Notes: generated from the letters alone by a model not told the origin. 64,000 nucleotides of DNA from Meiothermus sp. (GCA_033762915.1 JANRLD010000115.1:110410-174409), one strand, 5' to 3'; shown: positions 25,830-37,177, counted from the first letter of the stretch. Made by a program: numbers and translations.

Positions 25830-28649
25830 GTGATGGCAAAGGCCAAATCCAAACGCGCACGTCAGCCCAAGCTCTCCGAGACCGAGCGCCGTTTCGAGCG
25901 CGAAGCCCTCAGCCTGATCCCCATCGGGCTGGCGGTACTGCTGGCCTCGAGCATCTACTTCCAGAGCCGCCTGGCCGGAAGCCTGGGCCACACCATCCAC
26001 GACTTCCTCTACGGCAACCTCGGCTACCTGTCGTGGCTGATCCCGCCCCTACTGCTTATCACCGGCGTGCTAATTCTGCTGGACAAGCCGCTGCGCCTTT
26101 TTGCGTGGTTCGCCGGGCTGACCGCCGTCGCAGCGCTGGTGGCGCTGCCGCTGGTGGCCCACTTCAACCGGCCCGTGACCGGGAGGCTGGGCGTCTGGAT
26201 GTACGGAATGCTGGCCGGGACGCTGGGCGTCGTGGGGCTGCTGGTGCCGATGGTGCTGCTGAGCTTCGTGGCCGACCTGGCCATCGGGCGGCGGCCGGGC
26301 TTTCTGATCGGGCGGGGCAGCCGCCGGGTGGCGGACGCGGCAGGAAGGCTCTATTCGGCCTTCCTGCGCTCTCAACAGGCGGGCAGGCTGCTGCACGAGA
26401 GCCGCGCCTTAACCGAGCGCTACCCCGAGCACAAGGCCCTGGTCACGCTGCAAGAAGACCTGCGCGCTTTCCGCAATGCCCCCAACGACCCCGAGGCGCT
26501 GGCGGGCTTTGACAAGCTGCTGTACGACTTCAAGGCCGAGCGGGCCAAGGAACTGAGCGAGAAACTCAAGGCCGAGGTGCGCCCGCTGCCGGTAAAGCTC
26601 GAGCGACTCGCCGCCGCGCTGGCCGCCCCCATCCAGGGCGACGAGCTGGCTCAGGCCCTCGAGGAGCGCCGCACCGCGCTGGTGCTGGAGATCGGCACCC
26701 TGCTCACCCGCGCCTCCAACCTCACGCGGGCTTCGGAGCAGGCCGCCAAAACCCTGCTCTCCCCCACCGCCAAGGGGCTGCTGAACGCCTGGGACGAGCA
26801 CCAGGCCCGGCTGAACCAGTGGCGCGAGTGCGAGGAGGTCACGCTGGGCCTCGAGAAGCGGGTGGACGCCTGGCTCAAGTGGGCCGAGTGGGTGGAGGGT
26901 GCGCCCTCCGAGGCCCGGCCCGCCGGGCTGCGGGCGCTTTTGGAGAAGGGCCTGATAGACCCGCCCGCCTACGAGGTGGTTACCAAGCCCACCCCGGTGC
27001 AGCCCGAGTTCGACTTTGATTTTGTTTTTCCCGAGCCAGGCGAGCCTGAACGGGTCGAGACCGCCCCGGGCGCAAACGCCTCCGGCGCAGCTAAGCCCTC
27101 GCCCAGCGTGGAGATCAAGCCCGCTGCCCCCACCCCCACGCCCAGCAAGAAGCTGCCACCCGCCCGCCCCCGCACCACCAAGCTGGTGCTGCCAGCCCTC
27201 GACCTGCTGGACAAGGCCGAGGCCCCCCGCTACGACCCCAAGGCCCTCGAGATCATCACCCGGCGGCAGGTCGAGCTGATCGACGACACCCTGCGCCACC
27301 ACAACGTCGAGGCCAAGGTGGTCAACTGGAGCCGCGGCCCCACCGTCACCCGCTACGAGCTCGAGCCCGCGCCCGGCGAGAAGATCAGCCGGGTGCAGAA
27401 CCTCCACAACGACCTGGCCCTAGCGCTTGCGGCCGGGTCGGTGCGGATCGAGGCCCCCATCCCCGGCAAGAGCGTGATCGGCCTCGAGGTGCCCAACACC
27501 GAGCGCGAGCTGGTGCGCTACAGCGAGGCCCTGCACTCCCAGGCCTTCACCCGCTCCAAGGAGCTGCTCCCGATGGTGCTGGGCAAGAGCATCGACGGCG
27601 AGTTCTGGGTCAAAGACCTGGCCAAGATGCCCCACCTCCTGATCGCGGGCTCCACCGGCTCGGGCAAGTCGGTGGCGGTCAACACCCTCATCACCAGCCT
27701 GCTGTTCAAGTACCTCCCCACCGAGCTGCGCTTCCTGATGATCGACCCCAAGATGGTCGAGCTGACCCCCTACGAGGGCATCCCCCACCTGGTTCGCCCG
27801 GTGGTGACCAACCCCGGTGACGCAGCCGGGGTGCTGTTGGGGGCGGTTGCGCACATGGAGCGGCGCTACAAGATGCTGAGCCAGGTGGGGGCGCGTAACC
27901 TCGAGCAGTTCAACCAGAAGATGAAGGCCGCCGGCGACCCCACCCTGCCCTATCTGGTCATCGTGATCGACGAGCTGGCCGACCTGATGATCACCGCGCC
28001 CAAGGAGGTCGAGCAGGCCATCCTGCGCTTGGCGCAGATGGCGCGGGCCACCGGGATGCACCTCGTACTGGCCACCCAGCGCCCCTCGGTGGACATCCTG
28101 ACCAGCCTGATCAAGGTCAATGTGCCCGCCCGCATGGCCTTCGCGGTGAGCAGCGGCTTCGACTCCCGCACCATCATCGACACCTACGGCGCGGAGCGGC
28201 TGGTGGGCCAGGGCGACATGCTCTACCACCAGCCCGGCCTGCCCAAACCGGTGCGCCTCCAAGGCCCCTACCTGGCCGAGGCCGAGGTCCACCGCATCGC
28301 AGAGTTCCTGCGCCAGCAAAGCTTCGAGGACTGGTTCGTCGAGCAGTACGGCACCGACTTCGACGGTCCCATCTCGGTCGCGGGGAGCGGCGCCGACACC
28401 GGCGACATCGACTTCGGCGACCCCCTGCTCAAGAAGGCCGCCGAGATCGTGATCGAGGAAGGCTACGCCTCGGTGAGTCGGCTCCAGCGGCGCTGCTCGG
28501 TGGGCCACGCCCGGGCCGGCAAGCTGGTGGACGCCCTCGAGGCCATGGGCATCGTCGGCCCCCACCAGGGCAGCAAACCAAGGGACGTGCTGATTACCAG
28601 GGATCAGTTGCCCGAGTATTTCGGCAGTGAGGCTCGAGAAAGCAATTAG
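25830..28649 (+). CDS. ftsK: DNA translocase FtsK/SpoIIIE
   Basis: N-terminal TM segments; [31 protein letters not shown]; gamma domain SVSRLQRR. Confidence 0.96.
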   Translation: MMAKAKSKRARQPKLSETERRFEREALSLIPIGLAVLLASSIYFQSRLAGSLGHTIHDFLYGNLGYLSWLIPPLLLITGVLILLDKPLRLFAWFAGLTAVAALVALPLVAHFNRPVTGRLGVWMYGMLAGTLGVVGLLVPMVLLSFVADLAIGRRPGFLIGRGSRRVADAAGRLYSAFLRSQQAGRLLHESRALTERYPEHKALVTLQEDLRAFRNAPNDPEALAGFDKLLYDFKAERAKELSEKLKAEVRPLPVKLERLAAALAAPIQGDELAQALEERRTALVLEIGTLLTRASNLTRASEQAAKTLLSPTAKGLLNAWDEHQARLNQWRECEEVTLGLEKRVDAWLKWAEWVEGAPSEARPAGLRALLEKGLIDPPAYEVVTKPTPVQPEFDFDFVFPEPGEPERVETAPGANASGAAKPSPSVEIKPAAPTPTPSKKLPPARPRTTKLVLPALDLLDKAEAPRYDPKALEIITRRQVELIDDTLRHHNVEAKVVNWSRGPTVTRYELEPAPGEKISRVQNLHNDLALALAAGSVRIEAPIPGKSVIGLEVPNTERELVRYSEALHSQAFTRSKELLPMVLGKSIDGEFWVKDLAKMPHLLIAGSTGSGKSVAVNTLITSLLFKYLPTELRFLMIDPKMVELTPYEGIPHLVRPVVTNPGDAAGVLLGAVAHMERRYKMLSQVGARNLEQFNQKMKAAGDPTLPYLVIVIDELADLMITAPKEVEQAILRLAQMARATGMHLVLATQRPSVDILTSLIKVNVPARMAFAVSSGFDSRTIIDTYGAERLVGQGDMLYHQPGLPKPVRLQGPYLAEAEVHRIAEFLRQQSFEDWFVEQYGTDFDGPISVAGSGADTGDIDFGDPLLKKAAEIVIEEGYASVSRLQRRCSVGHARAGKLVDALEAMGIVGPHQGSKPRDVLITRDQLPEYFGSEARESN

Positions 28650-28779
28650 AGGAGTTTGTAGTTTGTAGGATGCGTTTTACGCACCGCCGTTCCAGGGACG
28701 GGAGTGCAGAAGTGAGCGCACCCTACAACTAGAGCGATTAACTCGAGCCCCGCCCCATAAACTACACGGCCAAAACCGT

Positions 28780-28928
28780 TGTCATTCTGAGCAGAGCGAA
28801 GAATCTCCGAAGGGCGAACACACGTCCACTCAATATTGCGAACAGACTGTCACCGCCAACATCAAACGGGCGACCCTGACGCTCTTCGGAGACCCTTCGA
28901 CTCCGCATCGCTCCGCTCAGGGTGTCAA
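28780..28928. repeat. REP-like inverted repeat pair (family C)
   Basis: GTCATTCTGAGCAGAGCGAAGAATCTCC ... GGAGACCCTTCG..CGCTCAGGGTGTC; related copy at 58646-58779. Confidence 0.65.
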
Positions 28929-29006
28929 GGGACAGGGCTCGAGCCCGCACAAGCGGACCCCGAACTCGAGCCTTCCCTCGAGCGCCTGCAGTGGATAAAT
29001 TGAGTC

Positions 29007-29177
29007 ATGTCGATCCTGGATTGGGTAGGGGTAGCGCTGATTATCATCGGGGTGGCGGAGTATGTGATCTTCCAGATGCTGGCCCCCAGCAAGCCCAACA
29101 TCGCCCGAATCATGCCGTTCCTCATCGGCAACTCGGTATTCAACGGGATTCTGGGTCTGGTGCTGATCGTGATTTAG
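29007..29177 (+). CDS. Small two-TM membrane protein (56 aa)
   Basis: MSILDWVGVALIIIGVAEYVIFQMLAPSKPNIARIMPFLIGNSVFNGILGLVLIVI; TAAATT just upstream; below the ORF-track cutoff. Confidence 0.7.
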   Translation: MSILDWVGVALIIIGVAEYVIFQMLAPSKPNIARIMPFLIGNSVFNGILGLVLIVI

Positions 29178-29257
29178 CGCCGGTCGCCGGGCAGGCCGGC
29201 GTGCGGACCTGGAGTCCAAGAGCCCTTATAATGCCTCCTCGAACTCGAGGAGATGAT

Positions 29258-29899
29258 ATGAAACGTGTGTTCTTGGTTTTGGCCTTGATGGTTGTGGGCA
29301 GTCTGGCAATGGCGCAAGGGTTTGCGATCCGGGGGGCGTTTCCGTTTAACCTCAACTCCAACAAGCTGGGAGCTGAAGCCGAAGTGGAATACAACGGCAG
29401 GCTCGACGCCAACCTCACCTGGGGCCTGCGGGTCAGCTTCCAGCAAGTCCCACTCGACGGCGGGCAGACGACCCTGATTTTCCCCAACGGCTACCTCGAG
29501 TACCGCGTCCCCCTACAGACCGGCGTCAGCGGCTACGGCAGGGCCGAGCTGGGCGTGGGGATACTGCCGCAGTTCTTCCCGAGGGTCGTCCTGACCGGTG
29601 GCCTTGACTCGCGCTACGCCCTGGGGGGCCTCGAGGTGATCGGCCAGGCCAGCGCCTACTTCGACTTCATCGTGACCAACCGGGCCAAGCTCGGGCTCAC
29701 GGGCCGCTTCGGTACCCTGCTGATTCCCCTGGTGCCCTACCTCGCCGCCGACCTCAGCTACGACCTCTACCCCCAGACCTTCGTTCCCAAGGTCTACGCG
29801 GGCACCCTCTTGTTCCTCTCCCCACAGTTCTTCCTGGGCCTCGAGGGCGGCGCTGACACCACCCCCTTCGTACGGCTGTTTTTCCAGTACAGCCAGTAA
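29258..29899 (+). CDS. Secreted protein, probable outer-membrane beta-barrel
   Basis: SD GAGGAG; signal peptide ending AMA-Q; alternating hydrophobic beta-strands. Confidence 0.7.
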   Translation: MKRVFLVLALMVVGSLAMAQGFAIRGAFPFNLNSNKLGAEAEVEYNGRLDANLTWGLRVSFQQVPLDGGQTTLIFPNGYLEYRVPLQTGVSGYGRAELGVGILPQFFPRVVLTGGLDSRYALGGLEVIGQASAYFDFIVTNRAKLGLTGRFGTLLIPLVPYLAADLSYDLYPQTFVPKVYAGTLLFLSPQFFLGLEGGADTTPFVRLFFQYSQ

Positions 29900-30083
29900 C
29901 GGTACGGGGGCGAGAGGATGGGAAAGGGAGGTGAGAAAGCGCCACCGGTGGGATTTATCCTCTCTATGGGCTCCCTTCTCCTCCCTCGCTTTTCCGCTGT
30001 GGCTCATCGTCACCTCAGTCACCCCGATTTTAGGTACGACGGTGTAGGCTGTGCCGAGTGGGGCTTCGGCCATAGGGGAATGT

Positions 30084-31067
30084 ATGAGTGAAATCTACGA
30101 CGTGGTAATCATCGGCGGCGGCCCGGCGGGGCTGACGGCGGGCATCTACGCGGGGCGCGGCAACCTCAAGACGGTAATCCTCGAGAAGGGTCTGCCCGGC
30201 GGGCAGATCGCCCAGACCGAGGAGGTCGAGAACTACCCCGGCTTCCCCGAGCCCATCAGCGGGGCCGAGCTGTCCGAGCGGATGGTGCAGCAGGCCAAGC
30301 GCTTCGGCGCGGACATCCTGATGGAGGAAGTGCAGTCGGTGCACAAGACCGACCAGGGCTTCGTGGTCAAAGGCTACGAGCGCGACTACCCTGCCCGCAC
30401 GGTCATCCTGGCCACCGGCGCTAACCCTAAGGTGCTGGGTGTGCCCGGCGAGGACAAGTTTTACGGGCGCGGGGTGAGCACCTGCGCCACTTGCGACGGC
30501 TTCTTCTACCGGGGCAAGGAAGTGGTGGTGGTGGGGGGCGGCGACGCCGCCGTGGAGGAGGGGCTGTTTTTGACCAAGTTCGCCTCCAAGGTCACCCTGA
30601 TCCATCGCCGCGACAGCCTTCGGGCCAACAAGACCGCCCAGGAGCGGGCCTTCGCCAACCCCAAGATGCACTTCGTCTGGAACACCGTGGTCGAGGAAGT
30701 GCTGGGCGAGGAGACCGTAAGCGGGCTACGGCTGAAGAACCTCGAGACCGGCCAGACCTCGGAGTTCAAGACCGACGGGCTGTTCATCTTCATCGGGCAC
30801 GTGCCCAACACCGGCTTCCTGAACGGCCTGGTGGCCCTGCGCCCAGACGGCTACGTGGACGTGAAGGAGGAGATCTACACCTCGCAGCACGGCCTGCTGG
30901 CGGCGGGCGACGTGGCCGACCCCATCTACCGCCAGCTCACCACCAGCGTGGCGGCGGGCACCCGCGCCGCAATGGTGGCCGAGAAGCTGGTGGCCGAGCT
31001 GACCGAGCCCGACTCCCCGGCGGCCCGCAACCCCTCCCCAGTGGTCGAGGAGTACCTCTCGAACTAG
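30084..31067 (+). CDS. trxB: Thioredoxin-disulfide reductase
   Basis: [31 protein letters not shown]. Confidence 0.96.
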   Translation: MSEIYDVVIIGGGPAGLTAGIYAGRGNLKTVILEKGLPGGQIAQTEEVENYPGFPEPISGAELSERMVQQAKRFGADILMEEVQSVHKTDQGFVVKGYERDYPARTVILATGANPKVLGVPGEDKFYGRGVSTCATCDGFFYRGKEVVVVGGGDAAVEEGLFLTKFASKVTLIHRRDSLRANKTAQERAFANPKMHFVWNTVVEEVLGEETVSGLRLKNLETGQTSEFKTDGLFIFIGHVPNTGFLNGLVALRPDGYVDVKEEIYTSQHGLLAAGDVADPIYRQLTTSVAAGTRAAMVAEKLVAELTEPDSPAARNPSPVVEEYLSN

Positions 31068-31227
31068 GTTACGCCCGGCAGGCACTGCGCCGTAAGTTGG
31101 ACCCGCCTAGTTTGGGCGGGCAGGGCACAGGAGATGGTGGCCTGTGCCCTTTGCATTGGCCTCGAGGATGGCCACAGCAAGCGATACTGCCGTGCACCGT
31201 GGCAACCCGGAGCGATTCACTAAGGTA

Positions 31228-31330
31228 GTTGCGCCAGGGTAGGTTTGCGAAATCGCTGGACCTAGCAAGCGGCTGTCTGGCGCAATCTCCGGCGGACATC
31301 CCGGGGGAGCCATTTCGCAATTTCACCTGG
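31228..31330. repeat. Dispersed repeat family B
   Basis: GTTGCGCCAGGGTAGGTTTGCGAAA...GGCGCAAT...TCGCAATTTCACC; related to copies at 34625, 41341 and 49711. Confidence 0.65.
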
Positions 31331-31584
31331 GAAACGCTCTGACATGAGTCAACCCTCAACCCCTCTGCCCCCGGCGCACATCGGGCCTTTAGCTGAGCTT
31401 AACCCAAATTGTGAGTTTCTTTCATTATGCGGGCATACGGTAAAGCATAGCCGAGGTCGGTTGCCGCAACGGCAATGGCAGAAACCCCGATGAGAATTGA
31501 CATGGCGTGGTTTATAGGGGTCATTTGAACGAAAGAAACCTCCGTTTCAAGACAACATAGGTTTGGGCAGCGTGGGGTGGCGTT

Positions 31585-32292
31585 ATGAGACTGGTATGGG
31601 GTATCGGGGTGGTATTGGGGCTGGCCTGTGCGCAGCCGAGCCCAACACCGCAGCAGACCTTCGAGCAGACCGAGGCTAGGGCGCTACTGGCCTTGAGTCA
31701 ACTGCGTGACCAGCGGGCTGAGGTAGGAAACGCGATAAAGGCCCTCGAGGCCGAGGTGGGCAACCTGCCTACCCTCATCGAGCGGATGAACCGGCAGCTC
31801 CAAGGCGTTCGCGGCGACTTCGCCCGGGTGCGCCAGGGCGTCTCCAGCCCACTAAGGTGCCTGAAGCGGGCCGACATCGCCTACGCCATCAACGGCGGCC
31901 TGGCCCACGCGGTGACGGGTAACCTAGCCTTCAGCCTGCGGGGCGACGTGGGCCTCGCGCTGGACGCGGTGCAGAGTGTGGCGGAGCAGCTCGAGGCCGC
32001 CCGGCGCGAACTCGACGCCCGCCTAGATCAGCTCCACCAGCAGGTCAACCGCCTGCGTCTCGCTGTCCTGACCTACCCCGGCGGCTCCGAGCGCTACAGC
32101 CGCCTCCTGGCCGCGGCGGTAGAGGCAACCAGCAAGGCCCAGGCCCAGATCCGTCTCGTCAACCAGAAACAGGCCGACCTCCTCGCGGCCTCCCAGAACC
32201 ACCGCCGCGTCGCCGAGCAGATTTACCTCCAGGGCCGGCAGACCCTGACCCAGGCCAAGGGCTGGCTCGAGGGGCTGGCCTGCACCAGCTGA
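31585..32292 (+). CDS. Hypothetical secreted coiled-coil protein
   Basis: Short signal peptide; long heptad-like helical stretches; no recognised family. Confidence 0.65.
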   Translation: MRLVWGIGVVLGLACAQPSPTPQQTFEQTEARALLALSQLRDQRAEVGNAIKALEAEVGNLPTLIERMNRQLQGVRGDFARVRQGVSSPLRCLKRADIAYAINGGLAHAVTGNLAFSLRGDVGLALDAVQSVAEQLEAARRELDARLDQLHQQVNRLRLAVLTYPGGSERYSRLLAAAVEATSKAQAQIRLVNQKQADLLAASQNHRRVAEQIYLQGRQTLTQAKGWLEGLACTS

Positions 32293-32304
32293 TCAACCCC
32301 ACGT

Positions 32305-33489
32305 TCAGGGTTGGTTCTTTTTCTCTATCACGCTCGAGAGCAACAGCGCCCCGATCCCGAAGACCCCCGCCTGGGCAATCCAGCCGAGGGCGTAGTTGCC
32401 GCTCCAGTCCACCAGCAGGCCGAAGAGGGGCGGGGCTGAGGCGATGCCGATGGAGGTGAAGGTCAGGCCGAAACCGACCACCCGGCCCTCCCAGCCGGGC
32501 GGAGACAGCTCGGTGAGCAGGGAGAAGTGCAGGCCCTGCCAGCCGAGCGCGGTGGCACCGTAGACGGCCACCACCACCGCCTTGACCCAAAGCGGGGTGA
32601 TGACCGGGAGCCAAGCCAGGATCAGGGCGCTCAGGGCCGCCAGCGCGACCATCAGCACCAGCAGGGGCTTACGCCTGCCGCCCAGCCGGTCGGAGAGCCA
32701 CGACCAGAAGACCCGGCTAACCGCCCCAGCGATCTGGGCCACCGTGAGCAGGGCTGCCCCGGTCAGGGTGGGCACCTCGAGCCGCTCGTAAAGAAACAGA
32801 ATCAAGTAGGTGATCATCACGAACTGGCCGGTAGGCAGGAACATTCCCGAGGAGGCCGCCAGCAGCACGTTGCGCTCGCGCAGCACCTGGGCCAGCGAGA
32901 CCTTGGGCTGGTTGGGATTGCGGGGGCGCGGGGGCAGCTTTTCGTAGTAGAGCCTCGAGGCCACCAGTGCCGCCACCACCGCGATGAGGGCCGCTGCCAC
33001 CGACGCCCAGCGCCAGCCGTAGAGGTGGGCCACGGCGGGCAGCACGGCGGCCGCCACCGCCCCACCCAGCGGCACCGCCATCTGCCGCAGCCCGATCACC
33101 GTGCCGCGCTGCTCGGCCCGGAAGACCTGGGCCACCGCCTGCGAGCCCGCCGGGGTCGAGGAGGCCACCACCAGCCCCACCAGGAACAAGAAAGGGATGA
33201 AGGAGAGCTGGCTGTGTGCAAATACCGCCACCAGCAGGGCCATCAGCCCGCCCGCCAGGGTACCTGCCACCATCACTGTGCGGCTGCCCAGTTTATCGGT
33301 CAGCCAGCCCGCAGGCAGGGCCCCCAGCATGGTGCCGATGTAGGTGAAAGTGTTCAGCAGCCCCACCGCCGCCAGCGAGAGCTTTAGGTCATCGCGGATA
33401 TAGGGGGCCAGGGTGGGGTAGGCCTGCCCGATGGTTGCAACGGCGGTTCCGGCGACCATCGCGGCGGTGAGAACGAGATAGGGGGACAT
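32305..33489 (-). CDS. MFS transporter
   Basis: About 12 TM segments; GWLTDKLGSR and WLSDRLGGRR motif A. Confidence 0.9.
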   Translation of the reverse strand: MSPYLVLTAAMVAGTAVATIGQAYPTLAPYIRDDLKLSLAAVGLLNTFTYIGTMLGALPAGWLTDKLGSRTVMVAGTLAGGLMALLVAVFAHSQLSFIPFLFLVGLVVASSTPAGSQAVAQVFRAEQRGTVIGLRQMAVPLGGAVAAAVLPAVAHLYGWRWASVAAALIAVVAALVASRLYYEKLPPRPRNPNQPKVSLAQVLRERNVLLAASSGMFLPTGQFVMITYLILFLYERLEVPTLTGAALLTVAQIAGAVSRVFWSWLSDRLGGRRKPLLVLMVALAALSALILAWLPVITPLWVKAVVVAVYGATALGWQGLHFSLLTELSPPGWEGRVVGFGLTFTSIGIASAPPLFGLLVDWSGNYALGWIAQAGVFGIGALLLSSVIEKKNQP

Positions 33490-33644
33490 TTGGGATGGGG
33501 GTCGGGGGAAGAGGAAGAGGGGCGGAGTCGGGGTTTGGTCTGGCGTCTTGAGCCCTGCCTGTGGCCATTGGCCCGTAGCCCAGCATATCGGTTTCAGCTG
33601 ACCAGCGGGAAACCCAAAGAGGGCGACCCTCTCCCCGTATAGTC

Positions 33645-34505
33645 ATGGGCGTGAACAGGCTCGAGTCAGTCGTGGAATCGTCGGTTTTCAATCGGTTTAT
33701 CACCGGGGTGATCGTATTTGCCGCTTTGCTGATCGGCCTCGAGACCTATCAGCCCCTGATGGAGCGCTATGTCGAGACGTTTCACCTGCTCAACAACCTC
33801 GTGCTGGGGGTGTTCGTGCTCGAGGCGGCCCTGCGCTTTGCCGCTACCTGGCCGGGCGTGGGGCGCTACTTCCGCAGCGGCTGGAATATATTCGACCTCG
33901 TCATTATCGTGTTGAGCCTACTCCCCTTCTCGGCGGCCTACGCACCGGTGGTGCGGTTGATCCGGCTGCTGCGGGTGCTGCGCCTGGTGCGGGCCGTCCC
34001 GGAGCTGCAGGTGATCCTGGGGGCGCTGCTCAGGAGCATCCCCTCGATGGGCTACGTGCTGCTGCTGTTGATGCTGTTCCTCTACGTCTATGCGGTGGCG
34101 GGAGTCTTCCTGTTCGGCCCCAACGACCCGGTACACTTCCGGGATCTCCACACCGCCCTCTTGACTCTGTTCAAAACCCTCACCGGCGAGGGCTGGACCG
34201 ACTTCCTGGACGCCGCCTTCTACGGCTGCCAGCGCTTTGAGCTGCCCTTCCCCGAGCAGTGCACCCAGCCCCAGGCCGCACCGCTGCTGGCGGTGGTCTA
34301 CTTCGTCAGCTACATCCTGCTGGGCACCATGATCTTCCTTAACCTGATCGTGGGCATCGTGGTCAACAGCATCGACGAGGTGCGCAAGAACCAGGAGCGC
34401 AAGAAGGCCAGTGAGCAGGCGCTCGAGTTCAACCAGATTCAAGAGAAGTTGTCCGAAGTCCAGCAGATGCTACAGGGGTTCGAAGACCGGTGGGGCAGGA
34501 AGTGA
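33645..34505 (+). CDS. Voltage-gated ion channel, BacNav/CavMr-like 6TM
   Basis: WNIFD in S3; S4 RLIRLLRVLRLVR; filter TLTGEGWTD; S6 FLNLIVGIVVN; C-terminal coiled coil. Confidence 0.92.
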   Translation: MGVNRLESVVESSVFNRFITGVIVFAALLIGLETYQPLMERYVETFHLLNNLVLGVFVLEAALRFAATWPGVGRYFRSGWNIFDLVIIVLSLLPFSAAYAPVVRLIRLLRVLRLVRAVPELQVILGALLRSIPSMGYVLLLLMLFLYVYAVAGVFLFGPNDPVHFRDLHTALLTLFKTLTGEGWTDFLDAAFYGCQRFELPFPEQCTQPQAAPLLAVVYFVSYILLGTMIFLNLIVGIVVNSIDEVRKNQERKKASEQALEFNQIQEKLSEVQQMLQGFEDRWGRK

Positions 34506-34580
34506 GAGCGGTTCCGCATACTCCCTACGGCGCTAAAGCGGGCGGTTTTTGCTGTAGAGCGGTTCGAACGAACACCCCAG
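34506..34580. mobile_element. MITE-like family A remnant at the channel stop codon
   Basis: Matches 11160-11225 almost exactly; immediately preceded by the TGA stop. Confidence 0.7.
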
Positions 34581-34624
34581 GTGCCCTGGCCAGGATTTAG
34601 CAAGGTCTACGTGCAGACGCCCAA

Positions 34625-34766
34625 GTTGCGCCAGGGTAGATTTGCGAAAGCTGCGGACGCGGCAACTACGTTCCTGGGCGAAGTGGCGTGCGCCATAGCC
34701 GCAGAGCGGCTACCCGAGGCGCAATTCCCCTCGGGTGTATTGGGGCGACAATTTGCATTTCAACAG
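34625..34766. repeat. Dispersed repeat family B
   Basis: Shares GTGGCGT.CGCCATAGCCGC.GAGCGGC..CCCGAGGCGCAATTCCC with 41341-41479. Confidence 0.7.
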
Positions 34767-34775
34767 TGGAGCCAA

Positions 34776-35942
34776 TTAGTCCTTGCTGTTCTCCCGTATG
34801 AACGCCCCGATCCGACCGGCGGCCTCCTCGAGCGTCGGCTCCGGCTGAACCAGGGCCAGGCGGACGTGGCCCCGCCCCACACCGCCGAAGGCGCGGCCTG
34901 GGGTGAGGGCCACGCCGGTCTCGGTGACCAGGCGCTGGGTGAACTCGAGGTCGTCCATCGCCAGCCCCGGCGGGAGTCTGGCCCATAGGTACATGGCCGC
35001 CTCGGGCATGGGGATCTGCCAGCCCTGCCGCGCCAGCGCCTCCACCATCGCCACCCGGCGACCCGTCCACACCGCGTTGTCGGCCCGCAGGCGCTCACGC
35101 GACACGCCGAGGGCCGCGACGCCCATGCGGGCGATGCCGAGGTACTGGTTGAAGTCGGTGGGGGCCTTGACCGCCTCGAGGCTCCCGATCGCCGCCGCGT
35201 TACCCAGCGCGAAGCCCAGCCGGAAGCCCGCCATATGGTAGCTCTTGGCGAAGCTGAACAGCTCCACCACCCGCTCTCGCCCGCCCGGCAGGGCCAGTGG
35301 CGAGGGCGGGTCCAGGGTGGCCTGGTCGAGGTAGGGGTTGTCGTGAATCAGCAACAGGCCGTGGCGTCGGCAGAACTCGAGGGCCCCGGCCCAGAACTCT
35401 GACGTAACGGTGGCCGAGGTGGGGTTGTTGGGATAATTGAGCAGCAGAGCCTTGGCGCGTCCTGCCACCTCCAGGGGGACCTCGGAGAGCAAGGGCAGGT
35501 AGCGCCCATCCAGCGGCAACTCGAACACCTCGAGGCCCGCCACGGTGGCTGCTCCGAAGTAGCTGGGGTAGGCCAGACCGCACATCAGCAGCACGTCGCC
35601 GGGGTCGGTCATCGCCAGCAGCAGATTCGCCAGGCCCTCCTGCGAGCCGATCAGTTGCAGGGCCTCGGTCTGGGGGTCGAGGCGCAGGCCGTAGCGCTGA
35701 AAGTACCAGTCGGTGCAGGCCTCGAGGAAGGGCAGTGTCCCGTGCTTAAGGCAATAACCGTAGGTGGAGGGGTCGTCTATGGAATGCCGGAGTGCCTCGA
35801 GGGCCTCGGGCGGCGGCGGCAGGTCGGACGCGCCGATGCTGAGGTCGATAACCTCGCGGCCCAGGGCCCTGGCCTGGGCCTTGGCTGCGCTCATCCCGAC
35901 GAAGACCCCGGCATCCGCTGGGACGCGCTTGGAGCGAAACAT
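34776..35942 (-). CDS. PLP-dependent aminotransferase class I/II
   Basis: LNYPNNPT, HDNPY, SFAKSYHMAGFRLG. Confidence 0.92.
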   Translation of the reverse strand: MFRSKRVPADAGVFVGMSAAKAQARALGREVIDLSIGASDLPPPPEALEALRHSIDDPSTYGYCLKHGTLPFLEACTDWYFQRYGLRLDPQTEALQLIGSQEGLANLLLAMTDPGDVLLMCGLAYPSYFGAATVAGLEVFELPLDGRYLPLLSEVPLEVAGRAKALLLNYPNNPTSATVTSEFWAGALEFCRRHGLLLIHDNPYLDQATLDPPSPLALPGGRERVVELFSFAKSYHMAGFRLGFALGNAAAIGSLEAVKAPTDFNQYLGIARMGVAALGVSRERLRADNAVWTGRRVAMVEALARQGWQIPMPEAAMYLWARLPPGLAMDDLEFTQRLVTETGVALTPGRAFGGVGRGHVRLALVQPEPTLEEAAGRIGAFIRENSKD

Positions 35943-35945
35943 GCC

Positions 35946-36470
35946 TCAAGTTACCGCAACCGGGGCGCTCGAGTGGGTCAGCCCCAACAGTTCGAGCAGG
36001 TGCCGGTGCCGCTGGCTCTCGGTCAGGAAGCCCAGGCCGCGCCTGCGGACCAGCCAGCTCTTCAGCTCCCTGGCTGCCTCGGGCCGGCCCAGCAGCCGGG
36101 CCAGCTCCCCCGCCTGGCTGAACTGGACGGGGACGGTCGTCTCGGAGTACGAGCAGACCGGGCAGCCCAGCACCATCGGGTTGGAGTCGTACTCAAAGAC
36201 AAGCCGGCCCAAGCGGTAGGCCCACAGCAGCAACAGTTCGTCATCGACGTTAAGCGCGGCCAAAGCCACCGTACGCAGCTTGCGAGAAAGGGCCTGGGCC
36301 GTCCGGGCAAAGCGGTCCAGGTCGGCGTAGAAGGTCTCGAGGGCCGGCGCCTGCGGCACCACCACCCTGACCCATCCGCCCTGGGGCTCGAGTTCGGCGG
36401 GCTCGGACAGCGCGGCGCGGACGGTCTGGGGGTCGGCGCCCCTGAGGTGAATCCAGCCATACGAAGGCAC
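35946..36470 (-). CDS. Hypothetical protein with a CPVC motif
   Basis: Coupled 3 nt upstream of the aminotransferase; typical codon usage. Confidence 0.65.
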   Translation of the reverse strand: MPSYGWIHLRGADPQTVRAALSEPAELEPQGGWVRVVVPQAPALETFYADLDRFARTAQALSRKLRTVALAALNVDDELLLLWAYRLGRLVFEYDSNPMVLGCPVCSYSETTVPVQFSQAGELARLLGRPEAARELKSWLVRRRGLGFLTESQRHRHLLELLGLTHSSAPVAVT

Positions 36471-36760
36471 CGCTCGAGGGTAGACCTGAGGGCCGTGAGC
36501 GGGGTGAGGCTCCCGCTATGGCCGAGCCCCGCAGGGCCCGCGACGAGGGGTTTTAAAACCCTCATGTATTCCCGCGTGCGATTTGCTATCATCTGCTCAG
36601 GTTGGGGAGTAGCTGCTAGCGCATCGGCCGTCATTTCAGAGCAACCGCTCTCGGTAGATGCAAGTTCAAACCGAACTTTCAGCGAGACCACCATAGGCAA
36701 ACCGCCTGTGGTGGTTTTGTCCTATAGGCAGCAACCAAGCAAGCAGAGCGAAAGGATACG

Positions 36761-36970
36761 ATGAAAAAACTTCTCTTCAAGATTCTTCTAGGCGTGGCGG
36801 GCAAGTTCTTGGCGAAGCGCTTCGGCTACGGGCGGTACGGCGGCCATTACCGCAGCGGCTACGACTACGACCCCTACTACGGCGCGCCGTACCGGGGCGG
36901 GTTCTTCAAGCCGTACAAGTACAAAAAGAAGAAGAGCAAGCTCAAGAAGCTGATGGACATCTTCGATTAA
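36761..36970 (+). CDS. Small basic Gly/Tyr-rich protein (69 aa)
   Basis: SD GAAAGGA; own terminator at 36988-37020. Confidence 0.75.
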   Translation: MKKLLFKILLGVAGKFLAKRFGYGRYGGHYRSGYDYDPYYGAPYRGGFFKPYKYKKKKSKLKKLMDIFD

Positions 36971-36987
36971 GGCATTTCATGCGAGTG

Positions 36988-37020
36988 CCCCGCCCGCCGC
37001 GTCTAGGCGGGCGGGGCTTT
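36988..37020 (+). terminator. Intrinsic terminator
   Basis: GCCCCGCCCGCC/GGCGGGCGGGGC stem followed by TTT. Confidence 0.75.
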
Positions 37021-37177
37021 GTTGGGATCGCTCCGTGGGACTGAAGCCGTACTCGCAAGCGTGGCGGGGGCAGCACTCCCAGAAATCGATATGGGGGCCC
37101 TGCAGCAAGGGACGTTGGCGGGAAGCGCAGTAAAGCCGCCCAGCACGGCAGCCACCGCGCAGCAGCGGGCCTCGAGC

